From Peribolospora baueri (lineage: Eukaryota), in NCBI GenBank assembly GCA_029717555.1, contig JAMDHS010000039.1:175736-195735 (forward strand): a DNA stretch of 20,000 nt, read 5' to 3'. The translations under genes and the position numbers were made by a program. The notes beneath the pieces were generated by a model, which saw only the letters and a program-made list of their open reading frames with translations, was not told where the DNA came from and ran no database searches. Positions 1 to 8,767 of this stretch are shown in pieces. Position 1 is the first letter of the stretch, and each line of letters opens with the position of its first letter.

Positions 1-160
1 CACCCCAGCGAACGCAGAGACGATGAACCGACGTATCGTGGTTGGATGGATGGAGGGATGACATGGGGCACACTGCCGATGCCATGCCTTGGATTACAGC
101 TTCATGGGGAACGACAAGTACGTAGTGCGGGGAAGGACCAACGAACGACACGGGTACGAG

Positions 161-184
161 GGAAGGAAGGAAGGAAGGAAGGAA
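161..184 (+). repeat. (GGAA)6 microsatellite
   Basis: Read directly from the sequence, just downstream of the gene 1 stop codon. Confidence 0.9.
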
Positions 185-213
185 AGGACCAATGAGATCA
201 GACCAGAAGCAAA

Positions 214-1731
214 TCAAGCATGGCCGCCATCGACGACGGCAGCGGCGTTGAGGATGGCTTGGATGCCGGACGAAGTGGAGGGCGGAGAGGGAGAAAAAGC
301 AGAAGGGGAGGAGTGAGGGCGGGACGTCGAGGCGGGTCGCCGTCCATCGCCGGCCGGAGCCGCATTGCTCCCCGTCCTCGTCTCGTCCCTTTCCTTCCCC
401 CTCCCCCTGCCCCTCCCCCTTCCTTTCCCACCACCCCTTTCAGACCTCCCCTTTTCTGTCTCCTCCTTTCCTTTCCCCTTCTCCTCGGCGACGAGGCGAA
501 GGGCCCTCCGCTTGATGACCATCTCCCTGAGCCGGCGCATCACCTCCTCCCGACAGGCTCGCTTCTTCGCCTCTCCGTTGCCGTCGTTCGCAGATGCATA
601 GGACGACCTCGACGACGACGACAACGACGACGACGCCAACGAAAGCTGCCGCCGTCTTTGTGGGGCGAGCTCACGAGCGGGCGTCGGGGCGGCGGGCGGA
701 GGCGACGAAGATCCACAACGCCGCTCCCTGCGGGCCCGTTTCCTTCCCCTCTCGGCCTGAGCGACGGTGATGGTGAGGCGGTGCGTTGAGCCCTCAGTCT
801 TGACAACGGAGACGTCGGCAGCAAAGCCGACAGTCTCTTCTTCCTCCTCTTCCTTGATCCTCACTCGTCCGTCCTCCTCCTCGCTACCGAAAGTCGTCGA
901 CGTCGACGGCGGCTTGTGCGACGACGGAACGTCGTGAAGGAGGTCGTACTCGCACTCGTACGGCGGTGGCGGACTCGTTGGGCTGGGCAGACTGGCTTCA
1001 GAGAGCGTCTTGTCGGACGAGGCAGAGGCGGCGGAGGCGGACGATTCGGCAGAGTATGTGCGAACGGGCGGACGGGGCGGTCGGGGCCGTGGGCCGGGCG
1101 GGGGGCGACCGTAGCGAAAGTCGTACTGGCGGCACTCAATCTCCATGCGGAGCGACTCGGCGCGGAGGTAAGCCTCGTGATACGAAGCGAGCGAGGCGAG
1201 TCGGTGGTCCTCGGCGCGCTTTGCCTCCCAGGCGAGACGTAGAGTGTCCTCGGTGAGCTGGAACGGCTGGGAGCGAAGACAGGAGGGGTTATCGGATTCG
1301 GATTCGGCGGAACAGGAGTGGACGTGTTCGAGCCGTCGCCTCTTATTCGGCGGCACATGTGGGTCGTCAGAGCAGCATGAACAGCTGTCACGATGCGCGG
1401 GCCTTGTTGACGCGGGCTCATAGGAAAGACGGGGTAAGAAGTCCGCCTCGGGGTAGAAGGGGCGTTCGCTGAGAGGGGGAAGAGGAGTAAGAGAGGAGAC
1501 GGCGAGATGGGCGTGGGCGTCGGTGACGGACACGGTGACCGCGGGCGTCCTAGGTGCCCAAGGGCCCCATTCCGGAGGTGCTGAAAAGAGGCAGTAGGGC
1601 GACGGGGCGACGGCGAGAGCGGGGTGACGGGCGTCGGGAGGAGGGGCGGTCGTGGAGTGGCACGCCTTGTGGCGGGGATCGGGGAAGGGGAGGGGTGGTG
1701 GTGAAGGGGGAGTAGGGATAGTTTGGGACAT
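214..1731 (-). CDS. Intronless ~505-aa hypothetical protein, Pro/Ser-rich and disordered, with short helical segments and NLS-like motifs (possible nuclear regulator)
   Basis: Uninterrupted ORF from ATG at 1731 (MSQTIPTPP...) to the stop at 214. It has an NLS-like PNKRRRLE, a coiled-coil-like LRLAWEAKRAEDHRLASLASYHEAYLRAESLRMEIECRQY, a basic helix REEVMRRLREMVIKRRALRL and a C-terminal amphipathic GIQAILNAAAVV. No catalytic domain recognised. Confidence 0.6.
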   Translation of the reverse strand: MSQTIPTPPSPPPLPFPDPRHKACHSTTAPPPDARHPALAVAPSPYCLFSAPPEWGPWAPRTPAVTVSVTDAHAHLAVSSLTPLPPLSERPFYPEADFLPRLSYEPASTRPAHRDSCSCCSDDPHVPPNKRRRLEHVHSCSAESESDNPSCLRSQPFQLTEDTLRLAWEAKRAEDHRLASLASYHEAYLRAESLRMEIECRQYDFRYGRPPPGPRPRPPRPPVRTYSAESSASAASASSDKTLSEASLPSPTSPPPPYECEYDLLHDVPSSHKPPSTSTTFGSEEEDGRVRIKEEEEEETVGFAADVSVVKTEGSTHRLTITVAQAERGRKRARRERRCGSSSPPPAAPTPARELAPQRRRQLSLASSSLSSSSRSSYASANDGNGEAKKRACREEVMRRLREMVIKRRALRLVAEEKGKGKEETEKGRSERGGGKGRGRGRGRGKERDETRTGSNAAPAGDGRRPASTSRPHSSPSAFSPSPPSTSSGIQAILNAAAVVDGGHA

Positions 1732-2419
1732 GGGGAGGAAGTGCAAGCCCGGTCTGTCGTTATCGTCCGATGTCTGACTGGATCGTGCGTCGGTGAGTCG
1801 TTCGGAGTGGGAGGCAAGGTGGAGAGAGAGTCAGCGAGGAGGACCTGGCGATAAGGATGAGGATGACGAGGAAAGTGAGTGAGGGAGGAGGAGGAGAATA
1901 GCGACGACGAGGGTTTTTCTTTTCATGAACCGGGCGACGGTCTGTCGTGGGGAACGGCGGCGGCGGGACAGCCGTAGAAGAGGAGCGGTGCGGTGTGTCT
2001 GTATCGGTCTGACCGGAACTTCTTGGCATTGCGAGGCGAGGCGCAGCTGGTGAAATGCCAAGCCAAGCCGATGGCCAACGTCGTCGTCCCAAACGTCGAC
2101 GGGAAGGAGGCAGAAGCGAGGACGGGCGCGGAAAGAAAATAGCAGATGGGGTCAAGCGGGTCGCTTTGCTTTGTCTTGGCACACACCGCAGAGCGTGATC
2201 AGATTCCATTTTCGGGTCGTCGCCTGCCGTCCTCTCGTTTTTCTCCGGAGGTGGACGAGGCGAGGTGGCGGACATCTGATCTGCTCCATCGAGGCGACTC
2301 CCGAGACGTCGACGTCGACGTCGGGACGGCGGACATGATATGATGGTCGTCGTCGACGTCGTTTGACAGAAAGAAATGCGCGCAGTCGCCGACACGACAC
2401 GTCGCTATTTGGGCCGTCG

Positions 2420-2485
2420 CTAACCCTAACCTGGCCAGGTGACCTGGCCAAGCAAGCGTTTCATTCTTTTGCCAGGCAGGGTTAG
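2420..2485. repeat. 19-bp palindrome (2432-2450) overlapping imperfect inverted arms with telomere-like CTAACCCT
   Basis: TGGCCAGGT-G-ACCTGGCCA at 2432-2450. Left arm CTAACCCTAACCTGGC (2420-2435) and right arm GCCAGGCAGGGTTAG (2471-2485, reverse complement CTAACCCTGCCTGGC). Confidence 0.7.
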
Positions 2486-2488
2486 GTA

Positions 2489-2522
2489 GGAGAGGAGAGG
2501 AGAGGAGAGGAGAAGAGAAGAG
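2489..2522 (+). repeat. Degenerate (GGAGA)n purine microsatellite
   Basis: Read directly from the sequence. Confidence 0.8.
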
Positions 2523-3095
2523 ACAAAGGGAAGAGCTTGGGCTTCCAATAAAAGCGACTCGATTTCCATCCCGCTCAGCTCTGTCAACTGATTGACACGA
2601 AAACGAAAACGAAAACGGGCATCCGGAACGACCCAAGTGGAGAGATGTAATTACTATAGCTACCGCGTCTGCCCCTCCCTCCATCCGTCGCGCAGCGCGG
2701 GTGCGCCTCGGCTTGTCTTGGCCTTGGCCTTGGTTGCCCCAGCTGGCGGGCTGGCTGGCTTGCCTGCGCGCCGGTCGGCTGGCTGGCTCGACCTGGGGCG
2801 CCCAAGCACGCTGACAAGACAGGAGGCTGTGAGCAGGCTCGCAGACGCTGTCGTCGTCGCATGGGTGGCCGGGGCGGCGGTGGGAGGTGGCGTTGGAGAA
2901 GGAAGGAGACAGGGTGGAGAGAGAGGAAAATAGAGAAAGCTGGCGAGCAAATTGAATTATTCACAGATACACCAAAGACCGACGCGTCAAAAACAGAAGC
3001 ACTGCCAAGAAAGCCAAGCCGAGGGCGAGCCGAACCGGAGGCGCCCCGTCGGCGATCGTCGGCCGAACGCGAAGCGACGGCGCGTAGTCGTCTTC

Positions 3096-3199
3096 GTTCT
3101 TGTCTTTTATTCTTGTTCTTGTTCTTGTCCTTGTTCTTGTTGTTATTCTTGTACTTATCTTATTCTTGTCCTTATTCTTATTCTCGTCCTCATTCTTCA
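3096..3199 (+). repeat. Degenerate (TTRTTC)n hexamer tandem repeat
   Basis: Run of ttgttc/ttattc/ttgtcc units. It explains the spurious LFLFLF, VLVLVL and RTRTRT ORFs in the track. Confidence 0.85.
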
Positions 3200-3329
3200 T
3201 CCATCTCCTTCTCATCTCTCCGTCCGCCATGACCGCTGACGTGGAGCCCCTCCCTCGGTGGTCATGCTCATGCTCATCGCGGGCGGACGTGCGCGTTTCA
3301 CCTCCATAGTCCGCAGACGGACGAACGAC

Positions 3330-3357
3330 GAACGAACGAACGAACGAACGAACGAAC
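3330..3357 (+). repeat. (GAAC)7 microsatellite
   Basis: Read directly from the sequence. Confidence 0.9.
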
Positions 3358-3527
3358 AAGAATTAGCAGCGAGACAGAATGACCTTCAAGGGGCATGTTC
3401 GCGAATGCCCGGTCAGAACGGCCGACGTCCATCCATCCATCCTTCCTTGCGCCGTATCGTCATCCGTAGTGTAGCGTCGCGCCGGCCCGAAGCGCAGCTG
3501 CCGTCTGTTCGATCATGTGGTGGGCGC

Positions 3528-3580
3528 AGCGATGCGGTGGGATGCGATGCGATGCGGTGCAGTGCGGTGCGGTGCGGTGC
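3528..3580 (+). repeat. Degenerate (GCGAT/GCGGT)n pentamer repeat
   Basis: gcgatgcggtgggatgcgatgcgatgcggtgcagtgcggtgcggtgcggtgc. Confidence 0.8.
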
Positions 3581-4082
3581 GAACGACGACCCGACGTTGT
3601 CCGTTGTCTTGTCTGTTTGTCTGTCTGTTCCGCTCGTCCGTCTCCCGAGACGAGAAGACGGCACACGCGGCCCGGCCGGCCGGCGGGCGACGTGGAGGGG
3701 CGGTCGCGCCTGACACGGATACACATCCATCCATCCATCTTCTACGGTACGATGGGCCCAGATCGTAGTCTGTCTGTCTGTCTGTCTGTCGCAGGAGGCG
3801 AGGTAGAGAGAGGTGCGATGTAGACCCTCCCCACTGCGGAACCCATCGGTGATTTGGTTTGATTTGATATGATTTGCGACGTCGTCCACGCTAGTACATG
3901 CAGTCCTTTTTTAACGCCCACCACATCGTATCGTATGTACGGATATACACAAGTCACGTCATGTCCGACGGATCGGCCGGCCGAGCCGAGCCGGGTGTCC
4001 GTGCGCGTCGCGACGGCAAACGCAAGGATGGAACAGTCTTTGCGAGGGAATCAACTCGAGGGTGATCTCATTACGTGCGTCT

Positions 4083-4125
4083 GATGGATGGATGGATGGA
4101 TGGATGGATGGATGGATGGATGGAT
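4083..4125 (+). repeat. (GATG)10 microsatellite
   Basis: Read directly from the sequence, in the ADAM 3' region. Confidence 0.9.
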
Positions 4126-4310
4126 AGAGGAAGGAACAAACGAACGAACGAGAGCGATGATAACGTTCCTCGAAGCAGGCAAAGCCAAGTCGAATGAAGA
4201 GAAAACCCGGAGCATGATAGATGCGAGCGAGCGAGCGAGCGAAGGAGGGAGAAAAGAAGGAACGGTGGACGAGCCCGAGCACTGCTGGCTAGCTAGCGAA
4301 AAGCCCGGCG

Positions 4311-5346
4311 TTAGTTCATGTCAATACGCCGACCTTTACCTTTTCGTACCGTCCTCCCGTCCAGGTACGACGACGAGCCCGTCCTGGCCTCCGACACCGA
4401 CACCGATCCCGATCCCGATCCCGATCCCCTCAGCGACTCGACCACCGAGTCCGAGTGCGATTGGCGCCTGCTGCCCCCTCCCCCACCACCCGCGCCCATC
4501 CCCACGCCGTAGCCCACCCCTTGTCCTTGTCCTTGTCCGTACCCGTAGCTGGGGTAGGCGCCCCCCGCGCCGGCGGGGTAGGACGGGTAAGGTGCCGGTC
4601 CCGGTCTCGGTCCCCGTCCAGGAGCGGCAAGGCTGGACATCATGGGTCCGCCCCCTGCGCCAAAGCTGCTGCCGCGGTCCCTCGTCCTGCTTCCCGTCGA
4701 CACTGTCCTATCCAACGAGCCGGGCCCGACGTTGGACATGAACTGGGACGATCCGCGAGGCACCGACGACGACGTCGACACCCATCGCCGGTGTCCACCG
4801 CCCACGACGCCGACGCCGCGGCCACCGGGAACAACCGGGCCCGAACCACCGTACTTGGCGCCAGGAGGGACGGCATAGGCCGCCGAAGGGGACCGCTTGC
4901 CGTCGTGGACGTACATGCGGATGCAGCGGATGAAGCTCAGGAGGATCAGCAGGACGATGACCGCCACGACGACCGTCACCGGGATGGAGATCTTTAGGTT
5001 TTTGGCTGTGTTGCGGGCAAAGGGGGAACGATGTAACAGCGAGTCACACGAGTGCACCGAATGAACGACCGTCCGAAACCATCATCGCCGACGACTCACT
5101 GTACCACCCCGCAAAAACGCTCAACGGCGGTCCCTCCATACACTTGCCCGTCTCGCACTTGCCCGCCCATCCGCACGGCGTGCCGTCGATAAACATGTCC
5201 TGCAGCACCACGCACTGGTTCGAGTTTGTCGGGTCCTGGCATGTCACCGAGCATGTCGAGTCGCCTGCGTCCGGGCAGCCCTTGGTCAGGTTCATCGATG
5301 AACCCGCGCTCGTACACTGTGCGTCGCGGGACGTGCACTGGAACGG

Positions 5347-5381
<35 letters not shown>

Positions 5382-8055
5382 GCAAAGGAACGGATGGATG
5401 AGCAACGCGGGCATCTCAAGAGCACAGACCGTCATTCCCCGCCGCGCGCCGGATGCTCACATGTCCGCTGGCGCAAGCCAAGCCGGGCCCGCAACTCGTA
5501 CCGTCAGGTGTAGTCTTGTGGGCCGGACACGCGGCCGCGGTGCCGTTGCAGAACTGGTTCGTGTCGCAGCGGTCATCGACCGCGGGCCTGCACACGGTCG
5601 ACGAAGGGGCGAACTGGCATTGTGCGGTGCAGCACGACGAGCTAGCCGGGTCGCAAACCGCCCCTGCGGTGCTGTGGGACGAGGGCGGGAAGGGAACGGA
5701 GCAAAAAAGGTCAGCCAAACGAATCGCGGCCCTTTCCATTGATTCTCTTTGCGTCACCGACTGACAGCTTGCAATTCGAGGTACAGCACGTGCTGTTGGT
5801 CGTGCCGGCGTCGCACTCCTCGCCAGGATCGACGATGCCGTTGCCGCACATGTGGAGGGAGATGGTGGTGCGAGCGTTGGGTTCGGACAAGCAGGACGAG
5901 TTGAGCTTGGTGCCCATCATGTTGCACACGTTGCCGACGGTGCACTCGCTGAACACGTTAGCCGTCTTAGACGAGGTGGGGTTCATGATAAAGTTGCTCC
6001 CCGCGTCGCACACGCTCGTCGATAACGGGCAACACACCGCCGAGCCGCCGGACTGGAACGATTGGCCATTGTTGAGCGAGCAGCTGGTCGTACAGTCGTG
6101 GATCGCTCCAAAGTTGTGCCCGATCTGTTCAACCGTCCGCGACGACCACGTTCAGCCACGTCCGACCAGAACGAACGCTCGGGACGGCATCGGCGATCGA
6201 AAAAGGTGAATAAAGAAACAATGGGCACCCACCTCGTGCGCGAGGATCTGCCATTCGGCGTTAGATACGCTCGTCACGCCCGTTCCACTGACGATGTTGT
6301 CCCCCGTTCCAGAAGAGCCGGTGTCGCAGAGGGTGCCTAACCAGGCGACGCCGATCTCGGTGCCGGTAGAGCAGTTGGTCATGAGGTGCCACAGCCCGGC
6401 TCCATCGGCTCCCTTGTTTCCCCGCCACTGGCTGAACGTGCTCAGCCGGTCGTTGAGCTGCAGGCTCTCGCAGCCCACGTTCCAAGGGTTGTTCGCGTCC
6501 GTCGTGGAGGGACAAGTGGCTTCCTGCACGTTGAGCTCGATGGCGCCGATAGCGATATTGAAGGTGGACTTGTAGAGCCCAGAGACGGAATTGAGGTCGT
6601 TCAGGATCTGGGTCTTCGTCGCGTCCTGGGAACCGTAGGTATTGGTATAAGTACAGTCGGCGGCGACGCCGATAAACACGGCCTTTTGGTCCGTCGGGCA
6701 GCCGGCCTTGTTACCGATGTCGGCGATAAAGTTGTCCGTGCTGTTCCCACCCTGAATGTCGCCCCCGCCCTGCCTCGCCTCGAGCGGGGCCGAGTGCATC
6801 CACGAGTCGTCGTCCGCGATGGCGTCGAAACCATCATAGTCTCGTCCGATGGCCACGCCTTCGGGCAAAAGATCGTCGTACCACCGGCCTTGGCCGTTGA
6901 GCGCCCGCGAAGGCTTGGTGAAGAAGGAGTGAGCGCCCAGTCGGACGGAGGCGTTGAGAGCGGCGACGAAGAACGAGTCGAACAGCTCGCTCGTCTTGTT
7001 CATGTTCCACTCCCGATCGTCGTGGCCGCATGCCTCCTCGGCCTCGAGCGCGTCGTCCATTTCCTCGGGAGTGAGGTCAGCTCGGGCGGAGAGGAAAGCG
7101 GCGTGCTCGAGGGGCGTCATGATGTCCGAATGACGGTGGACTAGGATGACGTCGCCGAACTCTTCCTCGGACATGACGCTCCTCGGCCGGCGCAACCTGG
7201 GGCTGAGCGGGTGTTTGGATACGGCGTAGTTGCGTTGGAGCTGCACGGTGTGAACGTCGCCGTCGGCGGTAAACATGCCTTCGAAAACGGGCCGAGATCG
7301 GGAGGGATGGGGAGGGTGGAGCAAGCTGCAACGGCGGGTGTAGGGGGAGGGCAGGGGGAAGGACCGCGGGGAACGGAGCACGGTGATGAGGGTCTCACGC
7401 TTGACGAGTCTGCCAGAAAAAGGCAAACTCACATTCTCGCTTCACCGACAACGCCTGGAGTCGATGCGGAACGGCCGGCTCGTCGAATGACGCCGGCCTG
7501 CTCTTCGGTCCACCTGCGCAGGCTCTCGTCCTCCCCTCGGACGACGACGCCATGGAACGCCCTGACGTCTTCCTTGCTGATCGGCTCCGAGCGCGCTAGC
7601 CTGCTTTCGCCCCGGTGCTCGTCCCATTGGTAATAGTTTACGCGCGCTTGGGGATGGAGGAGATGGTGGTTGGGAGTAAGGTGGAGGTAGTAAGGTTGGG
7701 AGAAGGCGCGGAGGCGGATGCGGAGGGTGTCGGAGTGTCGAATGTCGTCGGCTGGCACACCTGCGGAGGTGCGGGCGTTGAGAGCGGCAAAGGAGGTGGG
7801 GGGAGGAGGAGGGCGTCGAGAGCGAGGCAAGACGTCGATCTGGACGGAGGACGCGGGAGAGAACCGTTTCAGCGGTCGCGGACGTTGGCTCGAGCCTGTA
7901 TGCGGAGCGAACGAGGAGGCGTGGGTTAGGCGAAATGGATAGGCGAGAGAGATGGAATGGGTGTCTTAAGGTTCTCAAGACGACTGACCATTCGCCTGGC
8001 CTGCGAACAAGGCTGACACGAGGGCCCAGCATAGCGCCGGGAGAAGAAGCCGCAT
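4311..8055 (-). CDS. ADAM-family (M12B reprolysin plus disintegrin) membrane zinc metalloprotease, ~1041 aa, 7 exons
   Basis: Exons 8055-7989, 7895-7433, 7325-6233, 6124-5766, 5671-5461, 5337-5100 and 5005-4311 (3126 nt, all GT-AG, phases consistent). Signal peptide MRLLLPALCWALVSALFAGQANG. Prodomain with cysteine-switch-like CGHD. GVAADCTY and GVAWLGTLC motifs. Zinc motif HE|IGHNFGAIHD split by an intron, followed by the Met-turn FIMNP. Disintegrin CGNGIVDPGEECD, Cys-rich region, TM helix ISIPVTVVVAVIVLLILLSFI and a Gly/Ser/Pro-rich cytoplasmic tail. Confidence 0.93.
5347..5378 (+). repeat. A32 homopolymer (U32 polypyrimidine tract in ADAM intron 5)
   Basis: 32 A residues inside intron 5338-5460, ending a few nt before the CAG acceptor on the minus strand. 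Confidence 0.9.
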
Positions 8056-8506
8056 AAACGATGGGGCCCGAGGGGAGCAAGGCGGGATGAGGGCGGGCGG
8101 GCAAAGGTACTAGAGAGAAGAAAGCAATCGGAAGGAGGTGGAGTGAATGCAAGAGTGAAGGCGGAGGTGTCGAGTCGAGTCGAGTTCGACTGAGGCGGTG
8201 TTCGCCGTCCGTGCGCGGACAATCTTGGCGAAACGAAGGGACGCGATCTTGGCCGCGGGGCAAGAACAGGGAGGGAGCAGAACCGGCCAGCGGGGAGAAG
8301 GGAAGGGAGGTGCAAAGTGGCGTAGGTGGAGAGATGGTGGTGGTAACGAGAAGGGAACTCGCCGTCACCGTCGACGACCGACACCACTCGACCCGACATC
8401 GGCTCTCCCATCTCCGCTCTTCGTCCTCCAGCCGCTCACCGCCCGGGGTCGTTGTTACCGCTACCGCCCGGCGATTATACCCACATCCGCAGTCAGGCCA
8501 GGAACC

Positions 8507-8536
8507 GCCACGTGCAATTAGTCATCGGCCACGTGC
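8507..8536. promoter_or_regulatory. Twin GCCACGTGC (E-box) sites 21 bp apart flanking an AP-1/Yap-like TTAGTCA, upstream of the ADAM gene
   Basis: GCCACGTGC at 8507-8515 and 8528-8536, TTAGTCA at 8518-8524, about 450 bp upstream of the ADAM ATG. Confidence 0.45.
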
Positions 8537-8767
8537 GACGTTGTGGGGGAGCGCGGCTCCGTTTTTCCCTGTTTATGTATTATGCTCGACGTCGTCTGCC
8601 TACGCAGGCCGTTTTCACGCGCGTCAAAGGCGAGGTGGGAGAGGTTCAGAAAAAACCAGAAGGAAGGAGGAAAGGAGGGAAAGGGTATAGCATGTATACT
8701 GGGTCCGAATAATCTTACATCGGCTTGCGCGGCGAAAGCGACTATCCTGGCGCGTCAACACCGCCCG

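Larger units (their letters stand above)
1844..3018. promoter_or_regulatory. Cluster of 14 PacC/Rim101-type GCCARG sites upstream of gene 1
   Basis: GCCARG or its complement starts at 1844, 2022, 2057, 2062, 2175, 2430, 2434, 2443, 2447, 2471, 2717, 2723, 3004 and 3013. Four are TGCCAAG and two are GCCAAGAA. Confidence 0.5.

Noticed and set aside
2305..2322. Self-complementary (GACGTC)3
   Set aside because: It is a slippage product of the ubiquitous GAC/GTC repeats, and similar strings occur inside coding regions.
2861..3359. Hydrophobic or TM-looking ORFs (LFLFLFL, VLVLVLV) and an RTRTRT ORF
   Set aside because: They are translations of the (TTRTTC)n hexamer repeat, with no other coding signal.
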